Positions 46,861-58,604 of a DNA stretch of 64,000 nt are shown here, in pieces; the first letter of the stretch is position 1; each line of letters begins with the position of its first letter. The notes beneath the pieces are model-generated. The model searched no databases, was not told the DNA's origin, and worked only from the letters and a program-made list of their open reading frames with translations. The stretch lies in contig CM059431.1 in assembly GCA_030390025.1 (NCBI GenBank), forward strand, positions 125,862,001 to 125,926,000. The letters are read 5' to 3'. The translations under genes and the position numbers were made by a program. Source of the stretch: Squalus acanthias. Its lineage: Eukaryota.

Positions 46861-48497
46861 TGTAAGGGGGAACGTGTCTCTCAGACGGTGCTGGTGCGAG
46901 GTTAGGCCTTCGTTGCCTAATACTATTGCTTGCTCTGGTCTCCGGCCAGCCCTTTTGCAATAAGCACCTGTGAGTGGTTCGACCCACTCGCCCTTACGGT
47001 TCTAACACTGGACTTAGGTGCAGGGAGCAGTAATGCAGAGAAAACTCAAATAGACCCAGTTGAATAGTACGAAATGGAAATCTTTATTGCATAGCATCCA
47101 AAATCATGAAGTACATGTCATAGGCGCAAATTAACGAGAGTACAAGTATACATACATTCATAAAGCTTGGTCTATGGAAATGAAGAACACATGGCACATC
47201 AAAGAAAGGGGAACACATTATATCTTAACCTTAAAAACCACCCTCCCTTAACAATACCTACACTACGTCTAGATTTGTAGGATCGGAAAACATGCTCACC
47301 ACTTGTGTTAGTTCGGAGATTTTAAAGTGAGGCACTCGGCTCGTTTTGCTGCAGCGCCTGACTGTCACGTGTTTGGAAGGGTCTCTGCACCCCACTTGTT
47401 TATTTTTGCTGCTGCGACAAGCAGGCCCGACTCCCTGTTGTCATGAAGAACTCGACAGAACTCGGACACAGTTCAAAGAAAAGTCTTCCTGTGCTCGATA
47501 CTGGTTGTCGGGAGAACTCAAAGGAAAGTTCTTTATTTATATTTTCGGGCGTGGTCGGGGTTTACTGACCGTGGCGGCACGTGGATTCTTCTCCTCTTCT
47601 TCTCATCTCGTCTCGTCTCTTCAGGCCTCCGGGTCCAGACACCGTTTACCGACACTCGGGATGGTGTACCCTGTTACTTGCCCTTGTCGGGGCGGCTCGT
47701 TCCGATTGAGCTCCACCCAACACTCGCATAACCGACCAGTACGGCTAAGAGTCAAGAGTCAATAAAGTCCAGAGAGAAAACACAGAAGGCTGCCCGTCCA
47801 GGAGAGTGCGACCAGAGGATAAGAGTTCAGCCCGAGTCAAAAGAATAAGAGCCAGCCGGGAGAATAAGAGACCGATGGACATTTGTTCTCTATAGTTATA
47901 GTGATGTGTCCGCTTATCTCCTGCTCAAATCTTAATGTTTGTCCTTTGTGTAATATTGGCACTCAAAACTCCCAGCATGGGGCAGTTATCTTTCTTAACG
48001 GGTTTCGGTAGCACCTGAAACTGGCCAACTTTCCGTTAATGTTTTCCCCATTGTTGAACCAGCCAGGATGTGTATGAATCGTCTCCCCGAATACTGGCTT
48101 AATCACCCGTCAATGTCTCTCTCATTGTAGAGCCGGGGGGGTATTTGTGTATTGATGGGTCTGGATGGGCCTTCGATTGCCCAGTACAATGGTCCTTACT
48201 GTGCATAGGAAAACGATTCCAGCACTTATATCTTTGCTATTGTTTCAAATGCAAACGGGTTGCATCCTGTCTATATCAGTGTTTACCGAGTATGATCCAA
48301 TCTTATACTGAAATGTATATTCAACGCCATCTTGTCTGCCCACTGTATTTCTGGAAGCTTCTGCCACGATGCTCGGTGGCCATTTTACAGGCTTCTGTGT
48401 CCTTTATTATCATGACAGCATTTCATTTAATAAAACTGATCAAACGAATCTGCTTCTCTTGTGTTATTTCGAATCGCGATAATTGCGAAACTTTACA
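46861..48497 (-). repeat. 5' LTR of provirus 2 (1637 bp)
   Basis: TGTA...TACA termini, followed on the minus strand by GGAAA and the PBS. Confidence 0.95.
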
Positions 48498-51400
48498 CTA
48501 AGTGTGTGAGGGTGAAGTGAAACATGTGAATGTTAGGCATAAATCCTGATTGATAGAGATTGCGGGTAGGTGAGTGATTGGGGTTTGGTGACTTGAGCAG
48601 TGGCTGAGGCTAGTGGTGCAGTTAGTAGGATATGGCATTTGACAATGCATTCACTGACCTTGACCACTCGTATGAAATCATTACACTTCTTCCTGCACTG
48701 CATCCATGTTCTTGGAGCTATTCTCCTGGCATTGACTTCCGCTGCTATCTCTTGCCACTGCTTTCTGAACAAGTGCCTGGAGGGTGTCCTGCCCCCACCC
48801 TGAAGATGCAAGACATCGCTCCTCCATTCCACCTCTTTACTCGAGACCTCCAGTGCAGCATCTGAAAACCTCGGTGCCCACTCTCTCCATGGTCAGCCAG
48901 TATTGATTATTGCACAGAGCACTATCCAGCAGCCACAATGTGCCTCCCCTTTAAGAGGTGGAGGCTAGCTTTAAGTAGTGTTAGGCACTCACGATATTGG
49001 TTCCCCTGCTGATGCCGCAGCCAATGAACAGCGCGGGGAGCGCTGGCTGCATGAAGAAATCATGGTAAAGCACAGACAGCACGAAGTTGGCATCCTGCCT
49101 GCATTTGAATTAGCATGCGCGGGTTCAACGTGTATCGCGATCCTTGTGCCAGTTTTCAGGGTTATCCAATTTAACCGCCCATCATGTTTACAAAGCTGGA
49201 AGTAATATGCTTTTTCTTCCTGTGGCTTTTTGCAATTTGGTAGCCTTTTGCTAGTTTGAAGCAAGTTTTTACATATCTCTCCTGCCACTAATGCATTGCA
49301 AAATGTGAGTTTGATAATCCTGTAACATGTTTCATCACTGAGAACAAAATCCTCTACACTTTACAGATATTCTCAAAGGGAGCTGAACCTATTTCTTGTG
49401 GTACAAATGCACCCATAGTTGAATTTGTTTCACATCTCAACATGTTACAAGGAAATGAAACTGTCAGTGACCTCGAAAGCTAGCACAAGATATGTGCAAA
49501 CAATTGAATGCTCCAGCAGAAGATTACCATCAAGATTTTTTGTGATATGGGAATACCAGAAAATGGATTTCCAGCAGAACAGAATACAAATGTCAGACAT
49601 TACTGCTTCAAGGTTCCTGCATTCCAGAGCTCTAGACCAGGAAAGTGCCAATGAACTGGAAAAGGATTCAGATACATTGTGGCAGAGAAATTGGCCCAGT
49701 TATCGCCACCCATTTGCGCCGCTGTCCTGATGAAAATTGGCAGCCGCCACTCTAGCGCCCTTCTCTGGAGCGGGACTCGGCGGCTGCCATTTTAGTGAGG
49801 GGCTTATCTGGCCCTGAGATCTTAATGAAGAGAGCATGATGTCATGCCAACTTGACAACACCTCTGCGAACTTTGACCTTAACGCTGAGTTCAGCGCTAG
49901 GTCCTAAGCTCGCTCTGAAAAGTGAGCGTTCAGCAGACTGACAGAGATGCTGTCAGCACTTCTTAAAGGGACACACACATCTTTCAGGTAAGTTTGCATT
50001 TAAGATTTTGGATTTTTTTTTTGTTTATTGAAGTAGTGGCTTGGTGCGATACATGTTAAACGTTTCTTAACTGTGTAGGAAGTGCAGGGAGTGCTGCTGG
50101 ACACTTGCAAGGCCTCGGATAGTCAAGGAAGGCCTCTGAGAAGACAGAAAATGCTGGAAATACTCAGCAGGTCAGGTAGCTTCCATGGAGAGAGAAACAG
50201 AGTCCACATCACAGGTTGAGATGCTGCCTGACCTGGTGAGTATTTCCAGCATTTTCTGCTTTTATTTCAGATTTACAGTATCCGCTCACAGAGGGAAGAG
50301 GAAGACGCAGAAGAGGAAGATGCAGAAGAGGAGCAAGCAGAAGAGGAGGAAGCAGAAGGAAGGTGCAACCCAGACAGCCCCTTTTTGGTTGGGATATCTG
50401 GGATGGAATCATCCACCTGTAGTCTCAGTAACCACAACCCCAATTCACCTTTCAACATTTGTCCCACACCTTACCATCCCTCTGTTACTGACCATCACAG
50501 TGTCCTCTTGGCCACAATGGTAAAATAAAAGCCACCACAAAGCAAACTTTCTAATCCAACTTTATACATCTAGCCATCCAATATGACATCAAGAAATCAA
50601 CTCATCACCTTTATGCATTCCCGTAGTGACTGTCTTGTGTGTGCCTTTGCCTATCCTACTGATGTCACGCAGTGCTACCCCAGTGGCTGCTGCATGGCTA
50701 GTAGAAGGCTGCTGACTTTCAGTGGGGAAGACTGCAGATGTCCTTGCTGGTCGACCGTGAGGAGCTGGTGGCTGGGAGTGTCAAATCGAGTGACGGTGTT
50801 TCTTCTTCTTTTTCTTCTTCTTTTCTCTCTCTTATCCCTCTTCTTGGTCACCCACTGGCTGGGCAGGCTGCATTTCTTGGGTGTGTGAAATGAGGAAGGC
50901 ACAAGGGTGGAGTTGTGGTGAGGAGAGGGCGGGAAAGCAAGAGGTTCATGTGAGAAGGAGGATACTGTATGAGGATACCAGAATCTTGTATCCTTTCAGC
51001 CACACCACTGTCAAAGGGCTCAGCCATGCCCCTGCCAAGAATAGTCAGCACCGTCTCCTCCAAGGGAGTGAGGTGAAGCTAGGATTGGGAGCTGTGCCTC
51101 ATGTTTGGTACAGATTGCTGGTAAGTGAGTGATTGGGGGTGGCGGGGGGAGTCGTCCATTGAGCAGTGTGTGAGGCTAGTGGTGCAGTTGGTAGGAAATG
51201 ACTCTTGAAGATACATTCACTGACCTTGACCAGTGGTCTGAGGTCATGAAGCTTCTTTGGGCACTGGAGAAAGGTCGACACTGCTGACAGTGATGGCCTC
51301 AGTGATCTGGTCCCACATCCTTCTTTCTATAGGGCCTCCTGGCACCTGTGGGTAGAGGACCTCTCTTGCAGTGTTGACTCCCTGCACAAAGCTGGAGTGC

Positions 51401-52161
51401 TGCGTGCGAGATCCTGGGTGCCTCTTCCTGGCTTGCTGAGCCATTTGTATTGGTGCTGAAGCATTTTTCCCATTTTTGTATGTGTGGAAGTGAATTCAGC
51501 TTTAAGAGCAGAAGACTCCCAGTTGGGAAATCTTTTTAATGTTACATTTTTTTCAGAAAGTAGTTGAGCTGTAAGGGCTAAAAACTGCTTATTTTTACAT
51601 GATTTTTATTTTTTTCATTTGAGAAGGCAATTCCCCTTTAAGAGGCCAAGGGGTAAAAATTCAGTTGGTTGCGCCTCCCGTTAGCGCCTTAAATGGGCGC
51701 TAATGGGGCGTTAAGGCGCTAACGCCCGGGCGCAGCGCTGTTTGCGCCGCTCGAGAACTTAACTTGAGATTGTGCGGCGGCGCTAAAACTTACCGCTGCG
51801 ACCACCTGCGCGCGCAGATTGTGACGTCATTCCGTGGTGCAACGCCCTTGGGGCGCCCCGGAGTGGAAATTGAGTGGCGCCCCCTGCCTTACCACCTGGC
51901 GCTTCCAACGACCGGAAGACTGGAACGTTATCAATCGGTGTGGGGCTGGGGGGGGCGCTATTTAAAGGGGGCCTCTTCCTGTCTTTTTCTGTGGTCGACA
52001 TTTATGCACCACTCGTTCTGAGAGAGAGAGAGAGATTCGGAGAGAGAGAGAGAGAGACTTCTACATTGACTCAACGCTTTGTGAGGTAGTTTTGCCTAGT
52101 TCATCCTAACTTTGCTGCTACTTTCGTTGCTGTACCTCATTACTTTTCTGGCAAAGAGAAT

Positions 52162-53322
52162 ATGGGGGCTGCAATGATTGGGGGCGTCGTCCTGCTCCAG
52201 CTCAATCGGAGGAGAGTGAGACGCAGACAGAGAGTGGCAATGATGGCCAGACGGAGGAGGGCCATCAGGCGCATGTACAGGAGAGCTTACCCTCCCAGGG
52301 TATATCGTGAACAGCTCTCCTACATCCACATGTCCGAGGAGCTGTGTTTGCGAAGGCTGCGATTCAGCAAGGAGGTGGTCACTGAGCTCTGCCACCTGCT
52401 GCAGCCAGATCTGCAGCCTCAGATGAGGTCCAGGACGTCTCTGTCGGTGGCAGTGAAGGTCACAGTGGCTTTGAACTTCTACGCCACTGGCTCATTCCAA
52501 GCTGCTGTTGGGGACCTCGCCAATATCTCCCAGTTTGCGGTGCATCGCTGCATCCGGCAGGTCACCAATGCCCTCTTCACAAGGAGACGAGACTTCATCT
52601 CCTTCCCTATGACCCCAGACAAGCAGCATGACCGTGCTATGGGCTTTGCGAGGGTAGCGGGCTTCCCCATGGTGCAGGGCGCCATTGACTGCACGCATGT
52701 GGCTTTGCGTGCTCCGCGAGAGAATGCAGAGGAGTTCTGGAACAGAAAGGGGTTCCATTCCTTGAATGTGCAGTTGGTCTGTGACCACAGACAGGTGATT
52801 CTCGCTGTCAATGCCCACTATCCGGGCAGCTGCCACGATGCTTTCATCCTGCGCCAGAGTACTGTGGCAGAAATTTTCGAGGCACCGCATCAGCCAGTTG
52901 GTTGGCTTCTGGGGGACAAGGGGTACGCATTGAGCACCTGGCTGATGACACCGCTCCGTGCGCCAAACACCCCTGCTGAGCTGCGGTACCAGGAAAGCCA
53001 ACAAGCAACGAGGAACATTATTGAGCGCACAATCGGCGTGCTCAAACAACGATTCCGCTGTCTGGACCATTCCGGAGGAGCCCTGCAGTACTCGCCTGAG
53101 CAAGTTTCCAAATTCGTAGTGGTGTGCTGCATGTTGCACAACATGGCAATCCTCAGGACGCAGCCAATGCCACCAGGCCTTGCAGCACCACAAGAGGAGG
53201 AGGAGGAAGAGGAGGAACAGGCCGAGGACGATGATCAGCAGCAGCACCAAGGCAGGAGGGCGGCCCACAATGGTCAAACTGCAAGGGCCGTCCGTCAACG
53301 ACTAATAGCAAGCCGCTTCTAG
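52162..53322 (+). CDS. Harbinger DDE transposase (HARBI1-like), 386 aa, open
   Basis: HTH region plus catalytic motifs GAIDCTH, LLGDKGY and NIIERTIG; YPGSCHDAFIL; AATAAA at ~53484. Confidence 0.95.
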   Translation: MGAAMIGGVVLLQLNRRRVRRRQRVAMMARRRRAIRRMYRRAYPPRVYREQLSYIHMSEELCLRRLRFSKEVVTELCHLLQPDLQPQMRSRTSLSVAVKVTVALNFYATGSFQAAVGDLANISQFAVHRCIRQVTNALFTRRRDFISFPMTPDKQHDRAMGFARVAGFPMVQGAIDCTHVALRAPRENAEEFWNRKGFHSLNVQLVCDHRQVILAVNAHYPGSCHDAFILRQSTVAEIFEAPHQPVGWLLGDKGYALSTWLMTPLRAPNTPAELRYQESQQATRNIIERTIGVLKQRFRCLDHSGGALQYSPEQVSKFVVVCCMLHNMAILRTQPMPPGLAAPQEEEEEEEEQAEDDDQQQHQGRRAAHNGQTARAVRQRLIASRF

Positions 53323-53616
53323 GGCCCCTGCCAGTGCTACAAACACGAATCAACCCAGCACGCAACCCCTAAGCCGGCCAAGGCACCAATAATTCCAACC
53401 ACCAGCCATGTATATTTTGAATACAGAAACTTATTTATTGTACAAACTCTGTGTGTGTCAATTCCTCATGACAAACTCATAGAAATAAACACAAAAAAAC
53501 AGTCAATAACATAACTGGTTCTCACAACCTGGAGATAATGTCCAAAACACTAAACAAAAGTTGGGCCATGAACCTCGGCCTTTAATAAAAAAATGACCAG
53601 CATTTTGGCACACCTC

Positions 53617-55473
53617 CTACTTTTTGCCCTTCGAGGGTGATCTCCTTCCCTTGCGCACTTCCCCCCTTCTAACCCTACTGCTCCTCCGTAATGGGACCTC
53701 AGTGGCTGCAGCAAGGCTGGTGGAAGGCTGCTGCTTGTCAGACCCTGACACTGCAGATGCCCCTGAAGGACGGCCTCGACCACTTCTGGGCCTGGAGGGC
53801 CCGGCTGCAGACTGCACCAACTCTGCATGGGCGGCAGCAGTCTGTCCTACAGGCGGTGGCAAGTGCAGTGGAGAAGTGACAGTGTTGGCAGCAGGAATGC
53901 TGTCATCGTGAGAGAGGACAGCAACTCCCTGCTCGCCCGACACACTGGCACTCCCACGGGGCAGCACTTCAGCATCCGGAGCAATTTGCCGGAGAACAGA
54001 TTGCTGGCCTGCTGCGGCGCGGTGACAGCCCCGGGGACATGTGCACGAACCATCGAGGATGGCAGCAGTCAGTGCTCGCGTGGCCTCAATCTGAGTCTGC
54101 ATGAGAGCAGTCTCAGATGGGTTCCTGGCAGCCAGTGACTGAATTGCAGCAGTAAGCTTTAGTGTGGCATCCGCCTGTGCTACAGCGAAGTGCTCCACAC
54201 TCCTTGCCAGTGCCTCAATGCATTCGGGCACCCTTCCCACTGCACCCATGAGCTCAGTGTGCATGCCCACCGCCTGGCTGTTCATTTCTGCAATCAGCCG
54301 CTCCTCCTCTGCGTCCATTGCATTAGGAGTGTCTGGCATACTCTCCCTCTGGGGAGAAGGCTCCCGTTCTTCCCTCCCCCCCCCCATGGCGTTGCTGCAG
54401 CCCGCTGGGTCCTGGAACTTCACCATCATCAGCCCCTTCCCCCCTGCTCCCCCGTTCTTCCCTCCCCCCCCAATGGCGTTGCTGCAGCCCGCTGGGTCCT
54501 GGAACTTCACCATCATCAGCCCCTTCCCCCCTGCTCCCCTCCGGGGAAGGCGTGTTCCCAGTGTGGCCATGGGCTTCCTCGGGAGAGGGTGGCACTGATG
54601 CTCCGGCTTCCTCTTCCTCCTCAGCTGCAGCATCACTCCCAGTGGCAGCTTCAGGGACCATCTCCTCAGCTGGTGAATCACCATCTGAAAGCAGGGAGGT
54701 ACAAGAGTGGCTTTAGCGTGAGGACAGGGTGGCAGTAAGGGAGGAATAAGTGCAGCGAGTTAGCAAGTTGGATTGAAAGTGTCAAAGGCTGGTATTGTGA
54801 GGGACAAGTGGAAGGACAGAGGACAAAAAGGTGATGACCTTACCATTGCTGTCCACAACGGGGTCGGCGTCTCCAGTGGCGACGGGACCGATCACCCGGC
54901 TTGCCACAATCCTGTGGACGCGCTCCTCCAGATCGCTGAGGGGTTGCAGCTGAAGCCGCCCTCCACCCGTCCGTTGCTGCTGTCTCCGATTATGAGCCAG
55001 CTTAGCCTGCAAGAAAAAGGACAGCATCTGAGTCAATATACAGCCATGGTCTTGCCTGATGTGCCTCCCATAGGTGAATAGCCCTTACTGTATGCAAAGT
55101 GTGGAATGTGTGTGTGTGTTTGATGAAAGGGCCATAGGTGTTGCATGAGTGTTGTGCATTGGGGTTTTAAGACCCTCTGGCCATAGAGTGAGGTTGAGAT
55201 GGAGGGATGGAGAGGTATTGAGAAAAAGCCACTCACCCTGACGACCCGAGTGAGGTCGTTGAACTTTTTGCGGCACTGGACATGGGTCCTGGGCACCATG
55301 CTCCTGGAGGAGACGCTCTGAGCCACCTCCCTCCACACTCTTCTGAACTCGCGTGGCAAAGGCCTCCTGCCACTCTCCGGGAACAGCATGCATCGTCTGC
55401 GCTCCACTGCGTCAACCAGAGCATCCAAGGCCCGCTCGGTGAAGCGATGAGCGCGTTCTCTCACCCTCTCCAT
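53617..55473 (-). CDS. Harbinger MYB/SANT-like partner protein, 3 exons, one homopolymer frameshift
   Basis: Exons 55473-55237, 55006-54844 and 54684-53617 (phases 0 and 1); WREVAQSVSS...RTHVQCRKKFNDL; one extra base in the G10 run (54376-54385) inside a ~87-bp tandem duplication. Confidence 0.8.
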
Positions 55474-56164
55474 GCTTGGCAGCAAAATGGATTACAGGTC
55501 TCTCCAGGCTGAGATTCAAGGCTGCAATGAGCAGGGTGTGGCTGGTGAGCAAGTGGCCCCCCCCGCTTTAAGAAGTGTCCGGCGCCAGTGTGTCTGTGTT
55601 CCCTCGCTAACTGGCAGCAGCTGCGCTGCGCTCGTGCGCTGAGGTAGCGCCTCACTCCTAGGCCTTTGCGCCTTAAGAGAGGTGTGCAGCGCCTAATTTA
55701 GCGCTCCACTCACCTCCCGGGGCGGTAAAAGTGAAGTTTCCTGTCAGTGCCGATAATTAGCGCCAGGCGCTAATATTTGCGCGCGGACGATATTTGTGCC
55801 CCAAATGGGGCGCGACCTAATTTCTACCCCCAAGACTGCTTTCTGAAATGACAACTTTGCTTTCAGAGCAAGCTGCTCTTGCTGTAATGATGCTATGGCC
55901 ACGCTACACTGGAGCCTCCTGCCAGGACGAACGCCACCAGGACGGCATTGCACAGTGAGTTTAGCGATGGGCTAATGTTAATTAGTCCCCAGCGCCAATT
56001 TTTCAGTTCTGGCAGTGCCACCTTTTTCGGTGGCCATTAACACCGGCCCGCAGTGGCACCGGCAACTTTTGTGGCGTTCACAAATTTCTAGGCCATAGTC
56101 TCATTGCTCTGTCTGATTCTATTAGTCCTCTAAAAGATCAAGAATACAAGGCAAGTATGAACTG

Positions 56165-57850
56165 ATCAAAGAGAGTTATAATGGATTTGTTTGACTAATC
56201 TAGTTGAAAATTTTGAGGAAGTCACTAGCATGGGGGGAAGGGAATGTTGTCCACATGGACTTCCGGAAGGTATTTGATAAGGTTTTAATTGGAGGTAATC
56301 TTGTGACATGGGTTGGTGATTTGTTGGGCGGTAGGAGACAGAGAATAGGGATAATATGTACATTCTCTAATTGGTAGGATGTGACAAGTGGTGTTCCCCA
56401 GGGATTTGTTCTGGGGCCTCAGGTTTTCACCATAGGCATTAATGGCTTGGATGAAGGAATAGGGAATTGCAGATGACACTAAATTAGGAGGCACAGTACA
56501 TTGTGTAGATAGGAGCAAGAAGTTACAAAAAGACATAGGTGGACTTCGTGAGGGGGCAAAAATATAGCAGATGGAGTTCAATGTGAGGAAATATGAGGAA
56601 TTTTTGGATCCGAGAAAGGCAAATCAGAATGTTTTTTAATGGTGAAAGACTAGGAGGAGCTGTGGTGAAGCAAAGGGATTTGGGTGTTCACTAAAAGCTA
56701 TCATCGTCCCAAGTTTCATGGGTTCTTCCACAAAGTGCTCAATTCAGGCACAATTAATCAGTGGACTAGATGTCATCAAAAGTGACATTCCCTTTCGTGA
56801 TGATGCCACCCTCGATAGAGTAGTGAATTCCTTATCTAGAACGTGAGAAGAGACTACATTTGTGTAAGCAGATCTGGAAAAGAAATTAACAGCCATTGTG
56901 CAAATGGTGTGTTATCTTCAGTGCTTAGAGAAATAAGTCAATAACTGATCAGGAAAAAATGATTGTGATGTTGTCCACCCGTACAAGGGACTAAGCTCTT
57001 TTCCATTTTCTAGCAATCTGTTTCATAGTTTGTTAGCACATCTGAGTTATCATGGGTCAAACAAATAATGAAAATGGCTGAAAGATATTAGAAGATTAAG
57101 AATCTTCAAGAATGTACAAGAGGCAAAAGTCATTCACTTTCTAGCTTATTAATTTCCTTCATCATTTCAAACATCTCATGCAAATCACCCCTTAACCTCC
57201 TCCTCTCCAGGGTGCAAAACCTAGGTTTATTCAATCTTTTATCATAGCTAAATCACTTCCTTGCAGATAACATCCTCATTTTCTTCAAAGCCAGTATAAC
57301 CTTCTGAAGATGAGGTACCCAAAACTGACAAATGAGGGCTGACCAGCACTTTGTATAATTGTAATAGTACTCCCTCGCTTTTATATTCTACACCTTTTGA
57401 CACATTCCAGCATCTCATTTGTCTTTTTTGATTACTATTTGCACTTACAAACAAACCTTTATTAACTTGTACCCTTAAATCCCTTTATTGATCTACCCCC
57501 TCCAATGCTTCCCCATTTAGTCTGTATTCGCTTCCATTATGTTCAATTGCATCTGCTATGAACTCCAATAACTCTCCCAATTTATGTCCTTTTTGCAATT
57601 TTCTGCTCATTTCTTTACAATTCACTACATCTTCTAGATTACTATTATCTGCAAACTTGGATATCCTGCACTCAATTCCCAATTCCAGGTCATTTATATA
57701 AAGTGAAAAGCTGCAGTTCTAGCACTTTGTCCTCTGAGGGACATCACTTGTCACTGCCCGTTATCCCGACTTTCTGTCTTACAGCTGCCAACCAATTTCC
57801 TATCTGGGCCACTTCAATTCCATGCAGCTCAATTTTGTCCAGTAATCTCT
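56165..57850. mobile_element. Two old CR1 fragments (56165-56700 +; 57170-57850 -)
   Basis: Degenerate VTSGVPQG...ADDTKLGG and SKFAD...GVEYKS..LLQLYKVLV motifs. Confidence 0.7.
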
Positions 57851-58604
57851 TTTATAGAATATTATAACCTGTTTGGGAGGTTACAGAGAAAATCCATGTC
57901 ATAGTTTGGGCCTTAAAAAAGACTGAAGCCAGGTGGAACAGTGGACCAGATAAGGAAAGCTTACACTATACCAGATATAATTACTATATCATCAAAGATG
58001 TGAAGTTGGACTGTCAGTCTTTTACAAATTCAAGCAGAGCTTACCAGTAGAATTGCTATCACTTATCCTAAACCTCCATGTTAATGCCAGGAATATAACT
58101 TTAACATTCTGTATAGGACTAAAAAATGTCTATCATCTGGAGTTAAAATCAGCTTTACAGGATCTTTGGAGTATGCAATAGACTGTGGAATATGTTTGCC
58201 CATCAACACTACAGTACAGTAGTCTCAAGTATTCAGTTGCTTTCAGCTACAACTTTGGGAAATTCAGGAAATGAATGCTCCTTTTACAGTTACTTGTAAC
58301 TGCACCCTGTTGCTTTGCCACCTGTCAGACAAGTCATTGCAGAAAAGACGCAAGGGCAACATTCTAGAAAGAATTGGCTTCTCTGCATTAAAGGAACAGT
58401 AAGGTATATAAAATAAGAGTATTATATACTACCATGCAGATATTTTTATAAAGATATTGTTGTTAAAAATGTGAAGCATTCATATAAAACAAATCAAGTA
58501 GACACCTAACACATCTTTTCTTATTATATAGAAGTTCAGCTGTAGTGACAGATGCAATATTGAAGCTATTGTGCCTGGCATTGTATCATGTCCTCATGAG
58601 TAAA

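Larger units (their letters stand above)
39106..48497 (-). mobile_element. Provirus 2: pol-deleted member of the same ERV family
   Basis: LTRs 46861-48497 (5') and 39106-40763 (3'), TSD CTAA (39102-39105 and 48498-48501), same PBS and PPT as provirus 1, gag and env but no PR/RT/RH/IN. Confidence 0.96.
35072..49179. mobile_element. Decayed Harbinger split by a MITE and provirus 2
   Basis: Ends GGGGGTGAAATT / AATTTAACCGCC with flanks CAC/CAT. Transposase remnant (+) ~35553-36785; MYB exons (-) ~48890-48655, 38977-38810 and 38663-37660. Confidence 0.78.
51650..55830. mobile_element. Near-intact autonomous PIF/Harbinger transposon (4181 bp)
   Basis: TIR GGGGTAAAAATT / AATTTCTACCCC (11/12 match), TSD CAA on both sides, convergent transposase and MYB genes. 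Confidence 0.93.
49681..56094. mobile_element. Old Harbinger remnant hosting the intact Harbinger
   Basis: TIR-like GGCAGAGAAATT / AATTTCTAGGCC (TSD not matching); MYB exon remnants (-) at ~50620-51444 and an acidic transposase tail at ~50290-50400. Confidence 0.55.

Noticed and set aside
52492..53298. 268-aa antisense ORF over the transposase, and similar antisense ORFs over pol/env
   Set aside because: Shadow frames of GC-rich coding sequence with no motifs.
52162..53322. Domesticated host gene HARBI1
   Set aside because: Intronless, flanked by TIRs and a TSD, paired with a MYB gene and with several decayed relatives nearby, so it is a transposon copy.
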